Positions 1-13,260 are shown, numbered from the whole stretch's first letter. The stretch: 62,596 bases of DNA, filler included, from Rhabdomonas costata (GCA_019059605.1; 21 parts of 21 records of this genome joined end to end with filler, not necessarily neighbours in it), one strand, 5' to 3'. Made by a program: numbers and translations. Notes: generated by a model from the letters alone, not told the origin.

Positions 1-235
1 CGCTGTACGTATTGTATGTTGAGACAGTGCGTTCATCAAGCGTTGCCGTCGAAGTGGATCCGGTGGCCTGGTCTTCCTGGCCTTCCTGTAGATCCTCATG
101 TGGGGGCGTCTGGATTCCAGCCTGCCTTTTCCATTCATGTCGAGGTCGTTGTTCTTCATCATCTGTCATAGCTCACGGCGTTTGAAATCTTGGATATCCC
201 GAAGGACAGCCGCAGAACCGAAGGCGAATACCGAA

Positions 236-372
236 GGCAGAAACCCAAACCCAAGACCTCGAAACCCAAACCCCTCGAAACCCAAATACCCGAATACCCG
301 ACTCCTGACACCCTCGACTCGCAGACACTAACCCAGAACCCGAATACCAGAAGACCTAAAACCTCAAACCCA
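236..372 (+). repeat. Degenerate AAACCC/AATACCCG-like tandem repeat
   Basis: Imperfect units such as gaaacccaaacccaagacctcgaaacccaaacccctcgaaacccaaatacccgaatacccg. Confidence 0.6.
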
Positions 373-1184
373 TGAACCCAAGAACTTGATTCTTCTGGAA
401 TATCCATTGGAATTGGTCCAAGAAGCTGGGAGTAAGCACCCAACAGTTCAGCTGGAGTTGACCAGGAGTGTATGTCTCGCCATTACCTGAAAACGCTTCG
501 CAAACCTCGGGAAAACCCTGTTGCCCGTTATTGGGTGATTGTTTCCTTTTTTGTTTTGGTTTCGCACCTAGCCTCCCTCCCGCTCCCACCCCCCTCCACG
601 GGGCAGCATGTTCAGTGTGACGTTCCGCGCACACTGAAAACTTGCCGCACAGTCTCTGGCCAAACCATGCATTCCCATTTTATTTTTGCTGTGGGGGCAA
701 AGGAAATTGAGGTCGATGTCCGCCATCAGTCAGGTTCCCGTTCAAATCCTCCCGCCACCAAAAATAGAAAAAAAAGGACAGACTGGGATGGTTTTTAGTG
801 TGCAAACGATTCTCGGGCTTTCTTTTAGTTGAACCTAAACATAACAACAAAGCCGCACAATTACAAAGAGTGGAGGAGTACGGGACAGTTTGAGGGGAGG
901 CGAAACATCCGGCGCAAACTTCCGGTTCAAAATCCGGCGCCTAGCATGAAGAAGTGCAGGTCGGAGTGGTGGAGGGTAGATTTCGGTGGGTCAAACCAAT
1001 GCGTGTTGGTGTCCGGGGGGGGCTGGGCTCCCTTGGTCAAGTTAGCTCGTTAGTCGAACAGCCTGCACGCTCACAGCGATCGGGCTAATGGACTGGTCTG
1101 AATTTTCTTTCTGCTTCCTCTCCAGGCGCTGCTGTGATGCGGAGGGGTGTGTTGCCTCTCCAACCTGTGTTTCCTCTTCGGCAG

Positions 1185-1762
1185 AGGAGGGAGAGAAGCC
1201 GAGGACGATGTGGTCAACTCCGCCGCGGATAATCCTTCGCTGCAGGAGTCGCCCAAACCAAAGTCAGGTTGTGGTGGAAATCCGAGACTTGGGCATCCGT
1301 ATGGTGGGGCAGGAAAAGAAAGTTTCCAGCCCTCGAGTCGCTAAAACTGCATGGGCACGTTGCCTTGCGGTGTCTTCGCCTTTTATCCGCTCCAACGCGT
1401 TTTTTGTCTCGCGGATTTTATTTGCTTGTTTGTAGCCTTCTGCATGTGCTGTTTTCAGCTTCGTTGCAATGCGTCTGTCTGCCTCCAAAAAAAGCGCGGC
1501 TTCAAACAATTGTCATGGCTATAAATTATGGACACAGTTCTGGTGCTTTCAAAGGGTCGTCACTGCCATTCACAGGCCCCCCCAGGGAAAATGTGTCCTA
1601 TGCCAGGGCCGAGACATATATTTGGTATATTTCTTTTACCTTTTCTTCACGTCCTTTTTGTTTTCCTGTGCAGTTGGCCGCCATGTGCACCCCGCTGCCC
1701 AAACAGATTCCGCACTCAAAAAGCTTCACCTCCAGGAACGTCCACTTTCTGTGAAGAACTGA
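1185..1762 (+). CDS. Last two exons of an unknown protein (1185-1267, 1674-1762)
   Basis: Pyrimidine tract + CAG acceptors and a GT donor; phases join in frame (..ESPKPKS-VGRHVHPAAQTDSALKKLHLQERPLSVKN*). No recognisable domain. Confidence 0.35.
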
Positions 1763-1799
1763 TGAATGTAAAGAATTCTTTTGAGGCACTTTCGACCAG

Positions 1800-1983
1800 T
1801 CGCAGGGAGTAAGTAGAAAATCTGCACCACTTGAGCAAACACCACGGCGTACGCAGGCTGCAGTGCGCCCAGCACAATGGCGCCAAGCAACCCATCAGGG
1901 TAGCCGGCCAACGCGCGGCTCAGCTGGGCTTCCCAAAGCACAGCCGACCGCACACTCCTACCGCGCCACCGCAGGGTCCGCAC
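1800..1983 (-). pseudogene. Orphan ABCB/MDR-type ABC transporter transmembrane exon, possibly frameshifted
   Basis: GLLGAIVLGALQPAYAVVFAQVVQIFY resembles the first helix of an ABCB transmembrane domain. The expected upstream RWPATLM segment lies in a shifted frame. No other ABC exon is in the contig. Confidence 0.55.
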
Positions 1984-2882
1984 CTACTGCAACTCGACCA
2001 TTGGAAAGACTGCAAACGTTGGAACCTGGTACAGCCATGCCCTTTGTTCCACCTTTCTCATCCAAAAAACAATTACCAAGAAATGGTTTCTTTGCAACAG
2101 AAAGGGTCCGTTTAAAACTCAATCCACCCATCAATTCCTTCACACCATCAACGGTAAAGTGAGAGCGCTTTCAAGTACAAAAGCAGTTACAGCTGTGTAC
2201 TGAACAGTGGGGAGACGTCTGTTGCAAATTAATAAATGTCATTTCTAGACCAAGCCAAATTTATGTCGTAGCCAAACCGAGTGTCCACAATCAACATATA
2301 CCTGACACAAAACGGTTTCATCTGAAGAGAATTCATCCAGCGCGACAACCTGGCAGGATGTTTTCCACATTTATTTTTGAAACGCTTTGCCTGCCACAGC
2401 GTCTTTTTTCAAGGAGAAAAGGAGTAAAAGGAGCTTTTTCTTTTGAAAGCTCGCTTTGGGTCGTCGCACCCCCGGCCCTTAATTACTGCGAGCTTGGTCA
2501 ATGCCACCGGAAATGGTTAAGGCGGGAATCCGCCAAGGCGGTCTCTTATTCCGCTCGCTAATAGCGGACTCACAAGAAACAAAGAATACGCAAATGGAAA
2601 GGGAAGGGACCGCAGTGAAACGGCGAAGAAGATGCGCGAACACGTGGAACAAATAAACTAGCGAACAAGCAAAAGAAAAAGGAGCCGAAAAACAACGAGT
2701 AAAATAATAATTTAAAAAGGCAGTGCGGTGCCTTTTTAAACACACAAGGTCCGACTAAGGCGTCATCGAGTCCGGGGTACTACTTGCGGCCTCAGCTCGT
2801 GTTCCGGAAACGGTGTTCAAGGCCCAGTAGATTTCAGTCAGAGCAACCATGCTGGGTACTGCTTCACGAAAGAAAAAAAAAC

Positions 2883-2982
2883 NNNNNNNNNNNNNNNNNN
2901 NNNNNNNNNNNNNNNNNNNNNNNNNNTTAATTAATTAANNNNNNNNNNNNNNNNNNNNNNNNNNNNNNNNNNNNNNNNNNNN
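2883..2982. other. Artificial contig linker (first of 20)
   Basis: 100-nt N-run with a central TTAATTAATTAA (stops in all six frames). Identical linkers start at 5860, 8838, 11830, 14942, 17918, 20894, 23923, 26898, 29875, 32851, 35827, 38823, 41798, 44771, 47743, 50715, 53686, 56656 and 59627. Confidence 0.99.
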
Positions 2983-3367
2983 TATCATACAAAATATGAA
3001 AAACTTCGTTGCTTCGACTCACGCTGACATGGTTTACAATGGGAGACATTTTTTTTGCTCCTAAACGCCGTGTAAGTGCAAATGGTCGCTTTTTGGTACC
3101 GCTTTTCCTGCTCTCACTTTTAAGGTGGTTCGGGCAATACCATACGCGCTGTTTACGCGCGTTTCTCCTTATATGTCGAAAATTCCAGGAGGATTCCCAC
3201 TGACATTATGCAAACATGTGTTGTGTTGAAGTGAGTGTTTTATGCTGTGTTCCGAGATTTTGAGATTTGAGGTGACGGGTTGCGGTCCGGTTGCTCGGTT
3301 GCTGATGACGATTGGTTGTCGGGCTGGACCCACGGTCACCGCCGCGGTTGCCCCCCCCCCCCAAAAG

Positions 3368-4127
3368 GATTATCCTTCGCTGAACTACCTCAGCAAGCAG
3401 CCCTCTGGAGAACGCGAGAAGATTCTTGAGCTGTTCGCTCAAAAGAACCTCAGGTGCGTTGTGGTTGCCGGTCTGGCTGCCTCCTATCTCTCCCCCAACT
3501 GAAGCACCTAATCCTCGCTCATTCTGAGAGAGAAACCAGCGTTTGATTACGATTGACGACGTACTGATTTGATGACGATTTGATGACGATTGACGACGTA
3601 CTGCACCGCGCCCACGTCTAAAAGCAGTGACGAAAGAACAACAACCACAGAAAAAGTGAGCCCGCATCTCAGGAGGAAGGGTGGTTCGGTCAGTTTTTCT
3701 TGTCGGTCGTCACCATCATCACCAAACAGCCAAATAGAAATCGAGCACACTGCCACGCATGGCATTTTTGGAGCGGCTTTGTACCCAAGGCCCATCAAAG
3801 CAGCGAAGCAGCAATACCCAGATTATCCCACCCAAACGAAGAAAAAAGCAATCCAATCCAACAAAATCTCACCACTGCTGCGGCTGTACCGTTCATCGTA
3901 AACAGCTAATAAGCTTGCCGCAGCCGAGGCACTCCCTCGCGCTCACGAAAAGCATAAAAGAAACATCGCTTTTTCTCTCTTTTCTCATGCACAAGTGGTT
4001 GTGGTTGTGTTTATGGCTGTTTGCGGTCGAGGGTCTCCTGCCCCCCGTGCAGATCGGTGCATAACCTTTCTGCATGCCTGCTGAAAGTAATCCAGCGAAG
4101 CGACGTCACCGCAACCCGTCGGGGGAA
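3368..4127 (+). CDS. hnRNP-Q acidic-domain-like protein, exons 3368-3453 and 4053-~4127 (partial)
   Basis: GT-AG splice gives DYPSLNYLSKQPSGEREKILELFAQKNLRSVHNLSACLLKVIQR, matching the recalled hnRNP Q/R acidic domain pattern (AL..L..F...DLSHVxNKSAFL). The second donor could instead be at 4087. Confidence 0.6.
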
Positions 4128-6213
4128 GTACTGATTACTGAGCCTATGGCGCTACCCGCGCTCTTCTTTGCTCCATGGAAAGTCTCTTTTTTTATTACCA
4201 TATTTTTCTGTGCATTTGGAGAACATCCCTCCCCTCAGCCTCACGATTTGTGATGAAATATGATTTGGTCAGACTTTTCTCTTCTTCTTGCTTGCGTTTG
4301 TGGGAGGAGGAGGGGATGTGGGGACCGGATGAGGATTGGACCTTTATGGGGAAGGTAACAGAGGTAACAGTGATAAACGAACGGATTGGAAAGAGAAGGG
4401 GACAGGGGGATGGTAGGGCTGGAGCGTGTTGCTGTTTTTCCATGGGTCCTCTGTGGATTCTCTGTGACGTGGCGTGGAGACATCCCACGCCTTCATCGTC
4501 GGCTCATCTTTATTGAGCCCACAGAGGTAGAGTAGAGAGGACATTCTCAAGGGGAGATTCTCCGCAAGCTGGCTACCGAGTGTTCGGGCTCGCGCGGGGG
4601 CTTCTTTCGTGCGTTGCGTCGAAAACCATTCCCCTTGTCTCTGTCATCCTTTTCCTTCTTTTCATCTCTTTCTTCCTCTCCACCTCCACCACCACTTCCT
4701 CCTCTCTTTCTCCGCCTGTTTTGTTCTGGGCCCTTTCTTGTTGTAGTTGTGTGTTGATCAGCCGTGCTTTGTGTCTGTGTACCCTGGCAAGTATACAGAC
4801 ACTGGTGTGTGGGTAAGCGTGGTTCTACGATTGCGGTTCACTTCTCTGTCTGCTAGTTTCTCCAACCGTTTCACCCCTTTTTGCAACTTTGACGGTGTCT
4901 TTCGATACTGGCTCCTTTGGGGGTGGGGAAGGGGAGTCTTCGGGTGAGGGTGCGGGTGCTCTTGTCTTCTTCTGAGGAGGAATGGATGAGGAATGGGGGA
5001 TTGTGCACTGCCTTCCGGGTCTGCCTTTCTTTTCAGTCTTTGGAGTGTAGACTCGTTCTTGATGGGTCCAGGTGTGAGGGAAGGGAAGGGTTCCGTTGCT
5101 GTATATTGCCTCCCATGCACGATAGCCTGGGAAGGTCTGGAGACCGCACGAATTGTACGTTTAGATGAATTTATTTGTGGCGGTGTCGATCCGTTCCTTT
5201 GACCCATCGTCTCTCTCAGATCCCTTAAGTCCGTGCTCCACTGACTCCCTCCAGGGAAGCGATCTGAGCCTCTCTGGAAGTTTTATCCGGATCTGACCGC
5301 AAATCGCTGGACCGAATGATGGTTGCGCAAACACAATGGTCAAGGGAGGCAGAAATAAGAACATGCCCGTGCATCACCGCCTTCAGCCCGGTTCTGCCCG
5401 GTTTATTGAACTCGCTTCTTCCCTTCCATTGCTCTACTTCAGTCCTTAAACTATTCTGTTCCCTCCTCCCCCTGAAAATCAGGATTCTGACTCTTCATCC
5501 AGCAGTGACGTTATGCCTTTGGGGAAAAGGGTGATAGAGTGTAATTTCTCATTGCTCTCGAGTCTTTTCGTGTGACTCCGCCCCCCTCGACTTTTGGTAA
5601 TGCGCAGAGATGTCCCTGTCCCCCTTTTTTCTTCTTTACCGCTTTTCTGCGTGGAGGGCTCTTGACATTGGACATTGACCGTTGTTTTTCTTATCGTTGT
5701 TTATCGTTGTTCTTTTTGTTGTTTTTCTTATTCGCAGCCCCTTTCTTCTTTCAATTGTGTTGTTCCCGCACCTTTTTGTGCCACAAAAGTTCTTCTTCTC
5801 CTCCACTCTCGCCTCCCAGAAATCCTCTTCCACACAACAATGAACTCTGCGCTGATGCCNNNNNNNNNNNNNNNNNNNNNNNNNNNNNNNNNNNNNNNNN
5901 NNNTTAATTAATTAANNNNNNNNNNNNNNNNNNNNNNNNNNNNNNNNNNNNNNNNNNNNGCACTACTATACTCAAGAAATACCACCATGATGCCCCTCCC
6001 CCTCATACTGAGGAATTCAGTGCTGTGGAGGGGTTGGGACTGCTAACTCAAGTGGCAGGTGAGGTTGGGTGACTAGGCTGAGACATAACCCAATGTAGGA
6101 CGGAACTGAAGTGCCAGGGCGGTAGCGACCCCCAGCCCAAGCAAGGATTGCCCAAAAGGTGTGAAGCATTCGCCCGGAAGCTCTTCGGATGGCGTTCTTT
6201 CCATTCGTTGCAG

Positions 6214-8070
6214 GGTGACGGGGAGCCCGCCCCGGGCACGGAGCCTGATGAGGTCTTCGATAAGTACTACTCCATGCTGAACGTGCAGAAGGATGACGCC
6301 CACCGCGCGCTGCGGGTGGAGGAGCAGTACAAAAGGCTCTCCGAGGAGCTTGACCCCACCAAAAACCCCGAATGTGGAGGTCGTTTTTGTGGATCTCATT
6401 CGATGCGTGTTTGTCTGTCGGTTCAGTGACGTGGTGTCCACCCGTAGCTGGATAGACCTGCAACGCTGTGGGGATGGTTTGAGTAATGCGCGGGGATGTC
6501 GGGATGCAATTTGGCGGTTCGTTGACGTGGTATGGGGGTCGACCCGCGCTTGGTGGGTTATTGCGCAGGGGATGGCGACGATGATAATGCAGGGGTCTTC
6601 TCCATTGCATTCGCTTGAGTTTCGATCGCTTCGAACTTTTCACCGTAGTTGCATATGCATTCGATGTACCACTGCAATACGCTGTCTTGGGTCAAGGAAT
6701 CAGCGGTCATCGGTTATCGCAACGCAATATTTGATGCCGGGATAGCGTCGTGAAAGAAAGGCCTGCGTGTTCCGCGAATCGAAACTTGCGATGGCTTTTC
6801 CAGCTTTATTGGGGAGGGTGCAACCACCCCGTCTGGCCTTTTCGCTCGCAGAAGACTGCTCTTCAAAGCTTGTTCAGCTCAAAGACGCGTACAATGCGCT
6901 GTCCACCTACGTGGCGCACCCCTACCACCAGGGTGCGCGCAGCGCTAGCTCTTGCTTGTTTTTTCTCCAGCCCACTGAAAAAGCTGCTGCAGTACAGGAA
7001 GCAATGTCTTGCTTGCTGTGGATTGCTTGTAAAGATGCTCCAGGTCAGAACCATCCTTCCGCTGCGCTGGGGAACAAATACGGCACAAGATTCTTGAAAA
7101 CAGGAAGAGCCGCCAAGTGCACAAGTGGAAGGAAGTATGTAAGGACCGGCCAGCCAGCGTTTCGGCTCGCACATTGAGCTGTTCGAACTGATGCTGGCCA
7201 TGCGGCGTCCGCTTTGCCACAGAGGAATTGCTGTGCTGGGGGTCCAGAGGACAAACAGAGCAATGAAATGAAGGATTGGGAGACGACCTTGTTTTTTCTG
7301 GTAGTGCTGAATGTCCCGCGGAATGCGGGAACAAGAAAGCTGAAGAAGGCCTTTGAGGAGGCCAAGGCCAAGGCGGAGAGGGGCGAGTCCAGCTACGAGC
7401 TGGTGTGTGTGAATGTGTGTGTGCGCGCGCGCCATTGAGGTGTTTGAAGTAATTCCTCCCGGCAGCAGAGGGGTGATCCGTACCCCAATAAGCGGCGGGC
7501 ATTGGAAGGATACTCAAAACTCCGCTGGTGGCGGAAAAGACCTTCACCAACACAACGCCTTGTGCACGAAGTGTGTGTGGAGGGGAGGGGTGAAGGCAAT
7601 CACACTGTGGGCACTAGTTACAGGCAGTAGGCGATCACCTTTTTTCCCTGTACTTTCAACATTTTGGCGCTTCGCTGTCAAAATTTTTGACTACTCTTGT
7701 GCTTCCTGGTTTGATTGTGTTGATGGCTTGATGTGCCAAAACATGACTGGAGTATCCGCCATCCCTGATCCCTGAACATGTTGGGCGTGTACAGTGGAAG
7801 TAGCATTCATGGGCATTAGTGAGAAAAGAAAACATAAGGACGGGCATCGGGCTTCGGAAACGAATGCAGCTAATAGTCCGTGGTATGATTGCCAGGGAGC
7901 ACGTAGGTGACCTGCTCACTCCTCTGCCTCGCAGGCCGAAATCAAGGAAGCCTACGACATCATGTCCCACCCGGCGGCTCGGGATTTCTACAACCTGTAC
8001 GGGACCAAGCCCCCCGCGATGATCAAGCACCAGCAGAAAACCACGCATGGCGGCTGGGGAGTCGAAATGG
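6214..8070 (+). CDS. Protein with two tandem J-like domains, exons 6214-6379, 6852-6932, 7305-7402, 7935-8070 (partial)
   Basis: All joins are GT-AG and in phase: KYYSMLNVQKDD..EEQYKRLSEELDPTKNPECGEDCSSKLVQLKDAYNALS..YHQVLNVPRNAGTRKLKKAFEE..AEIKEAYDIMSHPAARDFYNLYG. Confidence 0.8.
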
Positions 8071-9547
8071 GTTCGACCACATGCCCTCCCTCCCTCTTTC
8101 TCTCTTTCCCTTCCCTTTTCTCTCTGCTTTTGCATTCAAAGCATCTATCCCAGAGTTTTCCTCAAGAAAAGTGTTAGGCCGTCCGTCCGGGCAATGTTCA
8201 GCGAAATGAATCTGTCGAAAACGTCTGACAAAACTCAAAATAAAAAGGATCCTGAAAAGGCAAATAATTCTGCATCTTTGTCCCCTCTTCCCCTCGAGGG
8301 TCAATGTTGGGACAAAAACTGCGCCCATCACCGTCGACCTTTCTCAACAATGACTTTGGGAGTTTTGGAAATAGAGAGGAGCGCATGTTCGAAGTTTTCA
8401 GGAGGATAAGCTGGCATCTTCCGCACAAACTAAAAGCAGGATCTAAGATATACGCGGTCCTGCGACAGCTGGCTTCGGCTGGACAGCGACACCGCTCGAG
8501 GGTTCACTGTCTGGCCGAAATGCTTGATTACGGGTTTGGTAGAAGGAGGAGGAGGAGGAGGTCGTGTGCATGTGTATTGTGCTCCTCTTGGTCACCCAAC
8601 TCGCTGACAACTGAAAAACGCAAAAGAATGCAATGGCGGTGGCGGGAATTTATCCTCAATTCCCCATTTTCCAATTTCCCCTTCCGTTTTATGTTTTGGG
8701 AATCGGTCGACTTAGTCTCGAAAAACCTTCTTGCGCCTGTTTGCGGGATTCTCTTTGTGGTTGCTCGCGTGTCATTTTCCTTATTTTGCAGCCCCCCCCC
8801 CTTCGGCCCTCCACGAAATCTTCTTTCTCATTCATTTNNNNNNNNNNNNNNNNNNNNNNNNNNNNNNNNNNNNNNNNNNNNTTAATTAATTAANNNNNNN
8901 NNNNNNNNNNNNNNNNNNNNNNNNNNNNNNNNNNNNNAGACTTATCAAAGCACTGCACACAAGCCTCATACCGATTCTGTAGATTGGCCCTCACAAACGC
9001 GTTCAGACCTGCCCAGTAACGCTTCTCTGCAGGTGGCTTGGGGGTGTGGGACATCTCCACAACTCTGGAAGCACAGTAGCTCTGAAGTCAGTCACAACCC
9101 ACAAACGCTCTGGAAACCCACCCTCCAGACGCACGCACACACACACACACAAAGCTCTAAAAGTAGGGATGAAACTCTGGAAGGGTGATCCAAGAACACT
9201 GGACTCTGAAAGCATGAACTCTGGACAAGTAGCTAACTAAATACTACAGCAGTTGTGAGAAACCACAACCAGCTAGAGAAACTCTGGAGCTGGCAAACGA
9301 GGGGGAGAGGTTCCACTCCCTCCTCACCTTCCACCACCTTCCAACCAAGACATGAGTCTGGAGTCTGGAAATGGTACTCCGCTCTGGAAATTTTGCCTTG
9401 CACCTGAAAAGGGGAAATAAAGAATGCAAACACAAGGGCAAAGAAGAAGCGTCCACAGATCGTCATACCTAAACTATTCTACACCCTCTGCCACACTTAT
9501 CCACTCATGTAAAACCCACCTAACCCACCTATGTGGAAACCCACTGA

Positions 9548-9950
9548 CTACACTCCTTCCGCCTCTCTTCCCACCACATAAAACAAGAGCGTAGACCAGC
9601 TGGGCTTTGACCTCAAACGTCCTGTGGAATCAAGGAACAACCTTCCATTCCAACGCTGGATTTGCACCGTCATCTCCTTCAGCGTCGAGTACCACGGTGC
9701 ATATGGCCACGCTGGAGTCAACAGCATCAGCCGAGATTTCTCCCGACATGCTTTCGCCAGCACGTGAGCGATGACGCTCCACGGCGAGTTGGCGTACAGG
9801 CACACATCTGGACTCCACACAAAAGCAAAAGCATTATGGCCCAATGTCTCTGTATCCCACTCATCTACTGTAAAATACCTCGGTAGCTGATGATGTCTCT
9901 CTGAAGCAAACAGGCCAATGCAAGGTGTCACCATCAAATTGTAACACATC
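9548..9950 (-). pseudogene. Retroelement-borne DNA N6-adenine methyltransferase-like domain
   Basis: PCIGLFASERHHQLPRYF..NAFAFVW..LYANSPW..VLAK..LMLLTPAWPYAPWY matches the DIRS-type MTase pattern (IDLFAS, DAF..W, NPP[F/W], P.WP...W). NSPW is one C>T change from NPPW. Confidence 0.8.
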
Positions 9951-11829
9951 GCTATAAAAATCGTCGACTCTAACTTCACTTCTTCTTCCGCACCAAACTC
10001 TGGACAAATTGCTCGTCCTACAATTATACGCAACATTACCTCTCCGAAAGCATCATCCTGTGAACTTTATTCATCCGTCACACCCTGTGGAAAGTCCTCA
10101 AAATGTACTCGCAAAGCATCAAGAGACCCCTCAGGGGGCCCTTGAACTGCGGCCTGCACAGATCCTTCATCCTCTCTCCTCTGTAACTCTCTGAAACGCT
10201 CCGCCATACGGTATCCCCAAGCTCTGGCTTCTGGGGAAACCTCCACCACCTGTGGTTCTACATACAGCTCTGGCAGACGCTCTGTAAACTGTTCGCCATC
10301 CTCCGGCCATCCACTCTCTGAGCCGTCTTCACTTACCAAAGCTTGCCCGTTGGTCTGTGGATGTTACTGCGAGGATTTTCTGCTCTTGATGTCCAGGAAG
10401 GCCATCACTGGGTGCCTAGATAAGGCATCCGCAGCGACATTTTGCCTTCCAGGAATGTGGAAGTTCTTCAACGTACACCTATGTAATCTCTGCAACCACC
10501 GCACTTGCCTTGGCTAATGCCGGGGGTTCTTCTGCAAATAGATTAACATCGAGTTGTCCTTGTGAACTCTGACATCTAAACCCAGCAAGTAATGCCTCAA
10601 TTCTTCCAACGTGTTAACCAACGCTAGCATCTCCTTCTCATGCACTGGGTAGTTTTTCTCTCTGCAGTGGACAGCTTTCTGGAACAAAACGCCACCAAAT
10701 GCATCTTTCCATCTTCCCCTTGCTGCGAAAGCGTGGCTCCAATCCCCACCTCTGAAGCATCCGTGTGAAGCACCATTGACTTCTTAAAAATATGGCACGA
10801 TCAAAACTGAAGATTTCAACAGTCTGGCTTTCAACCTCTGAAACGCCGTCTCCTGCGCTTCACTCCAAACCACTTCTTCTTGTTCTTCATTAGGTCCGTC
10901 AGTCACACAACACATCTCTGTAATCAGTCACAAATCCTCAGCTCTGATTAACACCTTCTGTGGAAAGGATCTTTCATCTCTGAAACTTTCTAGAACCTCA
11001 ACCAGGTGGGGGTCCAAAATGTGTTAGGTACTTGCTCATCAAGAATTCTCCGCTCCCTGTATACACCGCCCATCTGCCTTTTATCCACGTAACGGCCTTC
11101 ATGTGGAACTCTGGATTCAACCACCTCACTTGAGTATTCTATGAACTCCATGTCAATCACCATAATTCTCTCTGTATTGTTTAACACTGGGAATTTACAA
11201 AACCATCAACTTTTGAACTGTCTTTTGATCCGCATTGGGAACTGCACTCTCTGTGGAAGTCGAGGGCGTGGCTCTGGCCACCCCTGCCATTGTGGTTCCC
11301 GTCCCTTGTTGTGCATTACCTCCTCTGGGAGGTTCCACCAAAGGTCCCCTACCCATCTTCAGCTGTCGCAAAATCTCTCCCAACGTATCTGCAACTGGTG
11401 GCTGTGGATGAGTCTTCGGGGCTCGAGGGACATACTTCACCCACTGCCTCGTCTCTGGAAGCTGGTACAACAACTCTCTGGAAACAAGCTTCCTCCTCAG
11501 AACCTCATTAAGCAACCACTCGATATTCTCCCGTTCTGAAATAAGAACCGATCCCTCAATCTGTTCAACCACATCAATCACATACGTCACCATGGCATGA
11601 TCCTCCAACACTGGTGGAATGGTACTCATGGTCGGTAACTGTGGAGATCCATTGGAAACCATCATCCACTCGTTCAACTCCTGCATAGCCTTAGCCATTG
11701 CAACTCTTCCCTGCTCCATAATACCCACTAGATTTGTGATCTCTGCATTCTCTTCCTGTCCTTGTACCGATCTGAAATCCACTGCACTGCATTCATCCAC
11801 CTCGTGGTACTTTCTACCACTCCCGAACA
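9548..11829 (-). mobile_element. Decayed retrotransposon: gag-like region, Ty3/gypsy-type RT-connection/RNase H, Dam-like methyltransferase
   Basis: ~10410-10905 reads [83 protein letters not shown] with frameshifts and a stop. The RT core is deleted. Confidence 0.9.
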
Positions 11830-12885
11830 NNNNNNNNNNNNNNNNNNNNNNNNNNNNNNNNNNNNNNNNNNNNTTAATTAATTAANNNNNNNNNNNNNNN
11901 NNNNNNNNNNNNNNNNNNNNNNNNNNNNNGTTGGTTTGGAGGTGCTTGCATGTATGTATGAGTGTAATTGGGTGTGTTGTCCCGGTCTCGCATAGCTTTC
12001 TGTCATTTTTGTTCCTATATTTTCGCACGAATGATAGCAAGAGAGACACCACACCACACCGTCAGAATTCTGACCTTTTGAAGAAAGTTAAGACTCGTGG
12101 CTTTCTCCTAACATGGGCACCGAATCCTCGAAAGGGCATTTGCCCAACGGGCATTTCGTGACCAATGACCCACAGTGCATCGCGCCTTGAGCCGTGGGAT
12201 ACACGGAACTCACACCCTCACTCACTCGCTACTGGCGCATGGCAGTGATGTTGCACCGCCTCAAACTCATCACACGCACAAGACTGATGCCTGTGGTGTA
12301 ACAAAGAAGGCGAAAATGTGCGGCAAGGGGGCACTGTGCACCGCGGTTGCAATGCTGCAAGGTGCGTGTGCGAACGTCGGGCAACACACACACACACACA
12401 CACACACGGATTCACGCATTTCCCCTAAGGGCCACTTTCATTTCGGGTTCCGGTTCAGGCGCACACCTGAGACCACCACCAAATACAAATAGCTTCTTAC
12501 CAGCTCCTCTCCCCACGCGATATTTCTTCCCTAGGTCGTCGGTGGCGCACCATTGATCATCAGCTCTCCACTTTTGATATCTGCCATGATGTCCTCCGCG
12601 CTTGCGAGCCCACAGCGAAGCAGATAATTTCGAACGCTCTGTGACAAGACATCGAAGTCAGAGCGGAGAGTCTGAGAGAGCAAAGTACGAGAGTGACGTG
12701 CATGCTCCATCGTACGAGTGTAGCCAAATGAGGAGGGGCAACCTTCACCCTGGTCAGCTCTGTCCGATTTTTCACTCGAACACAGCTGTGTCACCACAAA
12801 CATTCCCGTCATGATGCACATGACGTCGTGATAGATGGACACATTCGGACACTCCGACCCCGCATTCAGCCAAGCTGAAACCACC

Positions 12886-12887
<2 letters not shown>

Positions 12888-12934
<47 letters not shown>
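12888..12934. repeat. (GT)n microsatellite
   Basis: Pure GT run. Similar runs at ~20402-20424, ~23365-23396 and ~36065-36120; (GAA)n at ~27038-27070. Many contigs end in CA/CCCACA motifs. Confidence 0.95.
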
Positions 12935-12935
<1 letters not shown>

Positions 12936-13260
12936 GGGAGCATGGCCGCCGGCTGCTGCCTGGTTGACTGGTTGACTGGTTGGTGGTGACCACTGGGGAC
13001 TGACTGGCGCACGCGCTGTTGGCCACGGGTGCTCGCGAGAGGTGCCGTTGGAGCGAACGGTGCCGTGGGGAACCGAAATCGGCTCACCACCGAACGTTCC
13101 ACATCTGGTAACCTCCCTTCAGCCCCACGGGTCCCGGACCATTGCCGCGCAGCTGCATTTTCCAGCGGCTACGTGCATTGCTCCATTGCTGCTCAGGTCT
13201 CTGCGACTGGGCGGGGGCCTTTTCTCGTGGGAACTTGTGTGTGTGGGTGTGTAAGTGTAC

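Noticed and set aside
120-165. MMKNNDLDMNGK on the minus strand as an EF-hand exon
   Set aside because: Too short, and no second exon confirms it.
236-372. Telomere
   Set aside because: Internal, highly degenerate, and not a clean TTAGGG array.
3545-3603. Short nested repeats gattgacgacgtactg / atttgatgacg
   Set aside because: Only two copies each, inside an intron; ordinary slippage duplication.
5475-5525. PKGITSLLDEES on the minus strand, resembling a myosin motor motif
   Set aside because: A stop follows immediately, the upstream residues are not myosin-like, and there are no splice sites.
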